From a virus (taxonomy: Duplodnaviria > Caudoviricetes): a DNA stretch of 24,271 bases. The notes beneath the pieces were generated by a model, which searched no databases, was not told where the DNA came from, and saw only the letters and a list, made by a program, of their open reading frames with translations. The DNA is taken from positions 1-24,271 of the IMG/VR virus record IMGVR_UViG_3300020045_018888; one strand, written 5' to 3'. This document shows, piece by piece, positions 1 to 7,401 of this stretch; the stretch's first letter is position 1; each line of letters begins with the position of its first letter. A program made the translations under genes and the position numbers.

Positions 1-2
1 TG

Positions 3-248
3 AGCACTACGGAATACAAGGATATTGAGGCAAACCCATTGGGGCAAATTTATTTTGAAGGAGACTGTGAAGAAGGCTTTGGTTATATAGATACGATTGA
101 ATACAAAATGGAAGAAGGGATCGCTTCTTTTAATCTCATTCCAGCAATCACAAACAATGTTCCCCCTTCTTCAATATACGATTCAATTGACACAGAAGAT
201 GGCTTTAATATTATATCAGAAGATGGGGAGGTGTTTATAACAGAATAA
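3..248 (+). CDS. C-terminal fragment of a phage tail protein, 5' end outside the window; probably the displaced 3' end of the gene at 841-2280
   Basis: Frame 3 is open from the window edge (STTEYKDIEANPLGQIYFEGDCEEGFGYIDTIEYKMEEGIASFNLI...), so the track start at 39 is not a true start. It resembles the C-terminus of post-tape-measure tail proteins in Bacteroidota phages (recalled). Confidence 0.7.
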   Translation, partial: STTEYKDIEANPLGQIYFEGDCEEGFGYIDTIEYKMEEGIASFNLIPAITNNVPPSSIYDSIDTEDGFNIISEDGEVFITE

Positions 249-257
249 TAAAAAATC

Positions 258-905
258 ATGGAAATAGTAAGCCCACAATATTCATTCATCAAATTTGACA
301 GCCCGGAATCAATTGATAACTGCTGTGATGGAGAGCAGGATTTTTGTATACCAATTATTGAAGAAAATGATACCTGGTTTCAGTTTAAAATAACCAGTAC
401 TAGTTATGCAGAAATACAGGCATTGATGTCGGGTCCAATTGAGGACCTGCAATTGGTTCTACTAAATGGCACCGGGAATAACGCAGTTAGTATTGCTGCC
501 AACACATTGAGAAACTGGACAGCTGATGACAGCATTTATTTTGAAAGGTATCGGACAGGATTATACGAAGTAACCTACCAGTGGAGAGGAAATTTTAAGG
601 ATATCAAAACGCTACTATCCTGTAATGATTGCTTTCAAATAGCTGTTATAAAAATGAGCGATCCAACAACAGGTGAGTTTTCAGACGAATTCTCCGATGA
701 GTTTGATACCGATACAGCACTGGTTTATGAACTGGCAAGTATTTCAAATTGCCTTAAAAGAATTTGTGGAGACTGTTATACAACTGTTTTAGAATATTAC
801 AATGAAGAAGATTATGCCGGCTTTAATTACTGCAACATCCTTAACCCGGTAAACAGGGTAAGACTTCCATTTTATTTAACTCAGCCAAAGCATATTGAAG
901 AATAG
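258..905 (+). CDS. Putative virion/tail protein, Cys-rich, apparently 3'-truncated at the ~900 junction
   Basis: 215-aa ORF with an AT-rich start 9 nt after the previous stop. Its TAG (903-905) comes from the antisense of the opposing gene's coding sequence. Confidence 0.65.
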   Translation: MEIVSPQYSFIKFDSPESIDNCCDGEQDFCIPIIEENDTWFQFKITSTSYAEIQALMSGPIEDLQLVLLNGTGNNAVSIAANTLRNWTADDSIYFERYRTGLYEVTYQWRGNFKDIKTLLSCNDCFQIAVIKMSDPTTGEFSDEFSDEFDTDTALVYELASISNCLKRICGDCYTTVLEYYNEEDYAGFNYCNILNPVNRVRLPFYLTQPKHIEE

Positions 906-2280
906 GGGAGATGCCTTCAAAAATATCCTGCAGGCTGAGTGTAAATAAATTGGTAGTTCCAGGTATTTTGTTTTCTTGCCTACGTATACGTATGCCATCG
1001 GTAACTACTTCCAATGATCCGCAACCGTCGGCGGGCAATGCATAAGGCTGACTATCGGTTCTGCCAAAATACTCACTGTATGCTCTAAGGCGGTCGTTTG
1101 TAATGCTTTCTGCTACCCGGCTGATCGTTTCATTGATTGCAAATACTTTTGAGTCTGTAGGGGCTGTGTAGCTAGCGGTAGTCATCGTGAAATAATTGCC
1201 AGCGTTAAACTCAATTTCAAAAGCATTGTCTAAAAATGCATGAGGAAAACCAATACCTAAATCTACCGTTATGATTAAATACAGTCTGTCACCAAGTTCA
1301 AGATTTAATACATCAGAATATGCTTTACTGAAGACTATTTCGTTCCCGGGATCCAGGTACAAGAACCGATCAGCGAAGTATACGTCTTTCGATAACTCTG
1401 TATACACATCTGTTGCAGACCTTTTTATAAACAGCAAACTAATATCGTTTAATGGAGCACTTAAAGCCTTTATCTTACCTGCAATCAGCCACGATGTGTC
1501 GATATCGCCAGCTCCAATGGTTGTTACATTCGTAAAATCCTTATCAAAATTTACTGTTGGTGAATAGTAATCAGGTACAATGTTGGCGTAAATATCTCCG
1601 GGCACTAGTTCCACCGTGTATACCATCGGATCACCGGTAGTGAGCTCTGACATTGTATATTTTGGCTCAGTCTCAAAATAAAAACCGCCTATTTCAGATA
1701 CGGAAGTTTTCGTCATACCAATTTCAATCACACCTAAAATTTTATCTTCCTCTGCCGCTACCGGTGTACCATTTAAATTTTCATTGACAGCTTTATTTTG
1801 TAATAAAATAGCCTTGCTTGGAAACTCCATTACAAATGGTAATTTAGAATATACCGGTAAATCTGTGGTCTCATCAAAGGCCTTTACCGCTTCAAGGTTT
1901 ACTTTTTGATTTAGGCGGTTCCGGAGTTCTACTATCTCACCTGATTTTTCTACAGGGATCTTTACAAAACAGCTATCGCCACAAGTGTATTCGTATTTGT
2001 TGAAATCAAATCGTCCACGCGAAAACTCCATGTATCCGGCACCGCAATTTTCCTCCATCACCAATATCATCTCACCCTCAAAACCATATTCGTCGTATTC
2101 AGCTTTAATAAGCCGCATAGCAACATCATAAAACTCAAAAGTTTCCCCTTGGTTTGTAAAGAATACGCCATGATAGTCTGGATCTCGTTTTATCTGAGAG
2201 GTATTACCATCCCACCCAACAGGCTCGTCTATAACCGTTGCAATGCCATCTCTATCCAATATCGTAAATCTCCAAAGCAT
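841..2280 (-). CDS. Phage tail protein (distal tail/hub-like) following the tape measure; apparently broken after ...DIFEGISPI (~900)
   Basis: Starts 2 nt after the tape measure stop and has an N-terminal EPVGWD motif. The last ~19 codons run antisense through the 258-905 gene, giving a 65-bp convergent overlap. Confidence 0.75.
   Translation of the reverse strand: MLWRFTILDRDGIATVIDEPVGWDGNTSQIKRDPDYHGVFFTNQGETFEFYDVAMRLIKAEYDEYGFEGEMILVMEENCGAGYMEFSRGRFDFNKYEYTCGDSCFVKIPVEKSGEIVELRNRLNQKVNLEAVKAFDETTDLPVYSKLPFVMEFPSKAILLQNKAVNENLNGTPVAAEEDKILGVIEIGMTKTSVSEIGGFYFETEPKYTMSELTTGDPMVYTVELVPGDIYANIVPDYYSPTVNFDKDFTNVTTIGAGDIDTSWLIAGKIKALSAPLNDISLLFIKRSATDVYTELSKDVYFADRFLYLDPGNEIVFSKAYSDVLNLELGDRLYLIITVDLGIGFPHAFLDNAFEIEFNAGNYFTMTTASYTAPTDSKVFAINETISRVAESITNDRLRAYSEYFGRTDSQPYALPADGCGSLEVVTDGIRIRRQENKIPGTTNLFTLSLQDIFEGISPILQYALAELNKMEVLPCLPG
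871..949. repeat. Imperfect inverted repeat bracketing the strand-switch junction
   Basis: Left arm TTTATTTA-ACTCAGCCaaagcATATT---GAAG (871-900); reverse complement of right arm TTTATTTAcACTCAGCCtgcaggATATTtttGAAG (915-949); 14-nt loop. Confidence 0.8.
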
Positions 2281-2282
2281 AA

Positions 2283-5200
2283 TTAAGTCATTGAATAGCG
2301 TTTGTTTTTATACTCTGTTCTGGAGTTCCCTTCTCTAACGATTGTAGTAATGCCGTTCTCGCTGATACTGAAATCAATTTGCTTGCTGGCCGGTATTATG
2401 CCTTTCATTTCTTTTGCTATTTCTCTAGCAAGCCTGTTGTAATCGATTTCCTGTGCCTGCATAACTGGCTGAAAACCTTCAGGTATTTGCGGGAAAACAA
2501 AGTCAGACATTTTATTCATCATATAGTGCTCAAACTTGTTGGAGTTAATGGCCTGTAATGCGTCTTTCCATTTTGAAGTAGCTTCAGCATTAATTACGCT
2601 TTCACCCCGGCTGATCATTGCCGGTATACTGTCGCTGGTGGCGGTACCAGGTCCTTCAATATTCACTTTACCATGTCTGAATTTTGGAGTCTTTGCCCGG
2701 TTTATTGCATTTACCTGTAAAGCAGTAGAGGCGATGGCAGCACCAATAAGAATTGCGGTCATTACGCCAAAATCGAACTTTGGTACAGTAGCGAGAATAT
2801 TGGTGATAGCGAGTGCTCCATTTATAATTGCCTGCTCTTTTTTTGCTTCTTTCTCAGCTTCAAAGGCCCTTATTCTTAATTGCTTTTCCTTATCCTTGTA
2901 CTTTTTGTCAATATCAGCCTTCTGTTGTTGCGTAAGGTTCTCATTATCTACCTCCTTGGCTTTTTGGTCTTCCAGTAAAGCGATATCGTCCGATAAAGTC
3001 TGTTGGCGTGCAGCTGCATTGTCTGCAAATATTTGGTTGATTGTCGATTGCGCTACACCAATAGCGGCAGAAGCAATCGCTTGTATACCCTTGGTAGTAT
3101 CAATAGTACCAGCTTTTATTCTAGCAAAAATATCCTGGGCCATTACCCCAAAGTTTTGCAACTCAGTGATGGCTACTGTAAGACCACTGGTATCCATTGT
3201 TGCCGAAAGACCTTTCTGTAGAATATTAAAAACACCCTGGATAACACTAGTTCTTTTTTCTATTTCCCGAATAATAGCAGCGGTAATTTCTTCCTCACTT
3301 TTAATTGTTGCCGCAGATCTTTTGTTATTTATATTCTGAATGGCGACGTCATAATCTTTTTGAAGAATTAAACCCTGGTCTAACTTTCGTGTTTCTGCCT
3401 GTTCTTCAAGATCAAGCCTGTTTAACTGGAACGCAAGAATATCAAGGCTTGCTTTTTTACGTTGATCAAAAGTTGATATCTCAACAGATAAGATTCTTTC
3501 ATTTGCAGCCTGCTCCATGGTGTTATACACCTCCATCACATTGAGCCGATCCTGCAACTCTGCAACTATTGCAGCTTTTTTTGTTTCCCGGGTTTCAAGA
3601 TCATATTTGGCATTGATCTCTTTAATTTTTGCGGCATTACCTTTTGCCTGCGATATCTCAAGATCCCGCTGCATATCAAGCCTGCGGAGGGTAAGTTCAA
3701 GCTTCCTGTCTTCTGTAATACCGAATTCATCTATGTATGTATTAAAATAACTGATTTCGTTCTGTAATTTCTGCTCGTTATAAGCCCGATCCAGGTCTCT
3801 TTTTTTAACAACAAAATCCGCCTCAATCCTTAACTTATCATCAGCAGTGACCTGGTTGTTATTAAGAGCAGTCGCCTTCTCTTTTTCGAGTAATAAAAAT
3901 TTTGCGTTGTATTCCTCATCACTGCCTTCTTTCGCAAGAAGAATTTTAGATTCGATTCCTGCAGTTTCAACTTTTAGTAATTCTTGAGAAAGATTCTTTT
4001 TGTTTTCAGCAATAGCCAGATCAGCATCTGCATTGATCTTGGCCCGCTCTCCTGGAGTAAGTCCATTATTTGCAGCAAGTTCTTCCTTCCGCCTTTTATT
4101 GATGGCATTTATTTCCGCATCACTCACAGCTTTGATGGAAGCGATTGAATCTACCTGGTTTTGTATTATTGCCAGCTTTCTCTTTGCAACTTCAGCATCA
4201 GCAAATCCGGAGGCAGACTTAAATGATTTTTCAGCGTTCTCTAATTGGTTGGCAAGCCTCGCAGCATCAATTTCGGTTTGCTTATCAAGTCCTTCTTTGT
4301 TGATAGCAGCAATCTTTTCATTTATTTCCTGCTCAAGAGCCACAGTCAGCTGTCCATTTTTCTTTCGTGTATTAAACAGGTTTACATAACTCTCGGCTGC
4401 TATTCTTAAATCAGAAAGTTCTTTTGTTCTTAATTCCTGCTCTTTGCTGTAAATCTCAACATTTGAGGCACCCCTTGCTTTCATTAAATCAAGCTCTCTT
4501 TTCAATACATCCACACCGCCTGCATTTGCCTGCCTTACTTTATTGCTAGCAGCGATGATATCTTCAAGTGATGAAACGAGATCCTTTGCTGCATCGGCCT
4601 GCTCTTGAAGGCTCTCTGTTGTATCATCTGTACTATCACCAAAAGCGCCCATTGCATTTGCAGCTACGGCCAGTAGCGCTATTATTGCACCAATGCCAGT
4701 AGCGATTAGAGCGGCCCTTAATGCCGTAGCTGCAGCTGCGCTTTCCAGAGTAAAAAAGGTTAAAAGCTTTTGCTCAACTGCCAACGCCCTTGTTCTTAAT
4801 CCAGATATAAGAAGCATGGCAGCATTTTCTCTTTGCAAAACATTTTGAATCTGCTGAAGACCTTGTAATATGGCCATTGCCGCATTTACTTTCAGCAAGG
4901 CTTTTTGTATTTCTTCTTCACCTGCTCCAAATAAAGCAGCTGACCCCTGTGCAATGGCAAATCCGCCAGCGAGTCCCCCTGCCAATGAAATCAATCCGTC
5001 AATATTTTTTGTATCTGAGCCTACATTGGAGATAGTAGCGTTTAAATCCTTCATCTGGTCATCAAGTTCACCAGCTTTCTGTTGAAGCTCATTAAATGCA
5101 GGTGTTCCGCCAAGACCAGCCTCGGCCATGGCAATTAATTCCTCTTTGGCCTCCCGAATTCTTGCACGAAGAGATTGTGTTTTACCGCTGGTTTCATCCT

Positions 5201-5639
5201 CGGCAGCACCTAATAATTTTAGCTGCTCATTCATGGCTTCTATGGAAAGCGTTATTTCATCAACCTCCTGGTCAGTCTGTGCCGAAAAAATCTGCTGTTG
5301 TGCGGCCTTGCGGGCATTCTGCACAAAGGCAATTACTTCCTTATTGGTTAATCCCAATTGCTGCTGTATGTCCTTTAAATATTTAGAGTAAGCGCCGCCG
5401 ATCACTGCCTTGTCCATGCTTTTAGCAGCAACAGCAAGGTCCTGTATTCCTTTTACGAGTTTATTGGAAACTTCAACGGTAGCCTTTGTCCTGGAATTCA
5501 TTGCAGTACTGGCTTTCTCCCATGCAGTGCCTACTTCACCCGCCTGTGTGATAATCTGCTCCATCACATTTTCTACCGGCTGAAGGCCAGAGGTGTCACC
5601 GATGAAATTGATAAGAACGTCGTCTGGATTATTTGGCAT
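2283..5639 (-). CDS. Tail tape measure protein
   Basis: 1118 aa, Ala/Gln/Glu/Lys-rich coiled coil with hydrophobic Ala/Gly segments, C-terminal GPGTATSDSIPAMISRGESVINA motif, and located right after a chaperone-like gene. Confidence 0.92.
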   Translation of the reverse strand: MPNNPDDVLINFIGDTSGLQPVENVMEQIITQAGEVGTAWEKASTAMNSRTKATVEVSNKLVKGIQDLAVAAKSMDKAVIGGAYSKYLKDIQQQLGLTNKEVIAFVQNARKAAQQQIFSAQTDQEVDEITLSIEAMNEQLKLLGAAEDETSGKTQSLRARIREAKEELIAMAEAGLGGTPAFNELQQKAGELDDQMKDLNATISNVGSDTKNIDGLISLAGGLAGGFAIAQGSAALFGAGEEEIQKALLKVNAAMAILQGLQQIQNVLQRENAAMLLISGLRTRALAVEQKLLTFFTLESAAAATALRAALIATGIGAIIALLAVAANAMGAFGDSTDDTTESLQEQADAAKDLVSSLEDIIAASNKVRQANAGGVDVLKRELDLMKARGASNVEIYSKEQELRTKELSDLRIAAESYVNLFNTRKKNGQLTVALEQEINEKIAAINKEGLDKQTEIDAARLANQLENAEKSFKSASGFADAEVAKRKLAIIQNQVDSIASIKAVSDAEINAINKRRKEELAANNGLTPGERAKINADADLAIAENKKNLSQELLKVETAGIESKILLAKEGSDEEYNAKFLLLEKEKATALNNNQVTADDKLRIEADFVVKKRDLDRAYNEQKLQNEISYFNTYIDEFGITEDRKLELTLRRLDMQRDLEISQAKGNAAKIKEINAKYDLETRETKKAAIVAELQDRLNVMEVYNTMEQAANERILSVEISTFDQRKKASLDILAFQLNRLDLEEQAETRKLDQGLILQKDYDVAIQNINNKRSAATIKSEEEITAAIIREIEKRTSVIQGVFNILQKGLSATMDTSGLTVAITELQNFGVMAQDIFARIKAGTIDTTKGIQAIASAAIGVAQSTINQIFADNAAARQQTLSDDIALLEDQKAKEVDNENLTQQQKADIDKKYKDKEKQLRIRAFEAEKEAKKEQAIINGALAITNILATVPKFDFGVMTAILIGAAIASTALQVNAINRAKTPKFRHGKVNIEGPGTATSDSIPAMISRGESVINAEATSKWKDALQAINSNKFEHYMMNKMSDFVFPQIPEGFQPVMQAQEIDYNRLAREIAKEMKGIIPASKQIDFSISENGITTIVREGNSRTEYKNKRYSMT

Positions 5640-5921
5640 TTACGTTTTGTTTGCCTTTCGTTTTACTGGCTTCATCATTTCTTCTAGTTGCCAGTAAAAT
5701 TCATAGATCGTAAGGTGAGAAAGTATTGCACTGTTTAGAGTGCCGGCGACAAGCTTTACCTGCCTTGCAATGTCATCTTCTGTGCTTCCGATAACAGCGG
5801 CAATAGATTGTCCAAGTGTTGTTGTGATGCCTTTTCGGCCATTTGAGAAAACTGTTCTAAATTTTTCTCTGCATATTGCAAATAAGGAATCAATTCCATC
5901 AGCGGCTTCGACAAAAAAAAA
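5640..5921 (-). CDS. Putative gpT-like -1 frameshift extension of the tail assembly chaperone (absent from the ORF track)
   Basis: The -1 frame is open from the T9 run (5913-5921), directly after an in-frame TGA, to TAA at 5640-5642, which abuts the tape measure ATG. It reads FFFVEAADG...LSHLTIYEFYWQLEEMMKPVKRKANKT and has no early ATG. Confidence 0.75.
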   Translation of the reverse strand, partial: FFFVEAADGIDSLFAICREKFRTVFSNGRKGITTTLGQSIAAVIGSTEDDIARQVKLVAGTLNSAILSHLTIYEFYWQLEEMMKPVKRKANKT

Positions 5922-6388
5922 TCAGTCAGTATAGTATTTTTTTTCCAGTGCTTTATTTTTGACTCGCCGTATTTAAACTCATACACGATCGGATTCTCAT
6001 GCTGATCAAAGAAAACTACGCTTGCCAGTTTATACATTAGATCCGGCTCTTTTGGTAACTCAAGTCGTTGCTTCAGTTGATCATTCAGTGTCTTTACTGT
6101 CATCAGGTCCTGAATGGTGAATTTCCCTTTCTGCAACATGTTATCAATAGCTTCGGTATGGGCTTTCAGGAAAGAACGATCGCAATTCATGTCTAACTCT
6201 TTATAATACACCAGGCATTTAAGAGCCCGGTCGTATGGCATATTCAAAGGATCATCAAAACGAAAGTAATGCCTGTCAGAGATGGTGAAGGCATACACGA
6301 TGATATGTTTTGAATCCGGAAAGAATTCCTTTGGGTTGATACCTTCTTTGATTTCTACTTTATGCATTTTCTTTATTTTGTTCTTCAA
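5756..6388 (-). CDS. Putative tail assembly chaperone (gpG-like)
   Basis: 210-aa helical protein upstream of the tape measure that contains a T TTT TTT slippery heptamer (GAT TTT TTT TTG). Confidence 0.7.
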   Translation of the reverse strand: MKNKIKKMHKVEIKEGINPKEFFPDSKHIIVYAFTISDRHYFRFDDPLNMPYDRALKCLVYYKELDMNCDRSFLKAHTEAIDNMLQKGKFTIQDLMTVKTLNDQLKQRLELPKEPDLMYKLASVVFFDQHENPIVYEFKYGESKIKHWKKNTILTDFFLSKPLMELIPYLQYAEKNLEQFSQMAEKASQQHLDNLLPLLSEAQKMTLQGR

Positions 6389-6674
6389 TTAATTTCCTGA
6401 TTCCTTTTAAATAGCATGTCAATCCATCCTGTCCATGTTTTAGCCAGGCACGTTTAAGCTGCCGGTAATGGTTACTTGCAATCTGTACCGGCATATTGTA
6501 AGGATACAATTCCTCTGGTTCAACTTTCACACCCTTTTCTACCAACTCCATTTCTACCAGTTCCGCCCCTGTATAAATATGAACCTCGTTTGTTTGATTC
6601 ATAATAGTTGGAAGGTCCTTTGCAAACACCCGCAACAATACTTCATCAATTTTACTTAACTTTTTACCTGCCAT
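6360..6674 (-). CDS. Hypothetical phage protein
   Basis: 104-aa ORF overlapping both neighbours in the operon orientation. Confidence 0.7.
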   Translation of the reverse strand: MAGKKLSKIDEVLLRVFAKDLPTIMNQTNEVHIYTGAELVEMELVEKGVKVEPEELYPYNMPVQIASNHYRQLKRAWLKHGQDGLTCYLKGIRKLIEEQNKENA

Positions 6675-6897
6675 TGCTATTTTTTATTAATGCCAGCCAT
6701 TTATCAAAATACGCCAGATGAGTAGTTTTTGGTGGTTCTTTATCTATCAGAACCTGTGCTGTAAGATGCCAGAAACCGCAATTTTTGCAAGGATATATCC
6801 GACCATAAGCTTCTCTGAAACTGCCTTTCTTTCGCAATAAATTAAGCGATGTTTCAGCCTCTACCTTACTAAATTGTTTTTTATCGCACCCTGCCAT
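6664..6897 (-). CDS. Small Zn-ribbon-like phage protein
   Basis: YPCKNCGFWHLT motif. The likely start is ATG at 6897 (MAGCDKK), not the track start at 6954. Confidence 0.65.
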   Translation of the reverse strand: MAGCDKKQFSKVEAETSLNLLRKKGSFREAYGRIYPCKNCGFWHLTAQVLIDKEPPKTTHLAYFDKWLALIKNSNGR

Positions 6898-6908
6898 ACA
6901 CCTGTTTT

Positions 6909-7127
6909 TTAAACAACAAACTGGTTGAGCTTCTCCACCATTTGATAACCCCAAAAGGGACCGACAACAACCCTGTTATTAAGCAAAATGCTAAACGTCT
7001 GATTCTTTGGCCTGGTCCTCACTTCATAACCTGGTTTAGATGGATGGTTGTAATGCTGCCTTCTACCGCTGCAAATACTACAGTCGTAATACATCACCCA
7101 TCCTCTAGCTTTCAGCACCGTCTCCAT
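6909..7127 (-). CDS. Hypothetical protein with CxxC
   Basis: 72-aa ORF filling the gap in the operon and overlapping the upstream gene. Confidence 0.6.
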   Translation of the reverse strand: METVLKARGWVMYYDCSICSGRRQHYNHPSKPGYEVRTRPKNQTFSILLNNRVVVGPFWGYQMVEKLNQFVV

Positions 7128-7401
7128 AATTCAATATTTTATCAATGACCGCATTTATGCCACATACAACCAGCATGAGGGAAACATTAAAGGACTGTGT
7201 GAAAATGATTGTCCATACACTGGCCATGCATATCAGGCAATCCCATAATGGTTTTTGAATGTAGCGGCTGGCAGTTTTACCATACACTAAATCGATGTGA
7301 TTTGCCATCAATATCCTGAACCATCCCAAAAACATTCCCTGTTGAAATATAAAATAGATCGCTGTGATTTGAAGGGATAGTATGATGGAGGATAGGAGCA
7401 T
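7105..7401 (-). CDS. Small membrane protein (DUF1360-like; possible holin)
   Basis: Two to three hydrophobic segments and a KPLWDCLICMASVW motif; TAATG coupling to the upstream gene. Confidence 0.6.
   Translation of the reverse strand: MLLSSIILSLQITAIYFIFQQGMFLGWFRILMANHIDLVYGKTASRYIQKPLWDCLICMASVWTIIFTQSFNVSLMLVVCGINAVIDKILNYGDGAES

Noticed and set aside
841-900. C-terminal LQYALAELNKMEVLPCLPG of the 479-aa ORF as genuine protein
   Set aside because: It is simply the antisense reading of the 258-905 gene beyond the junction.
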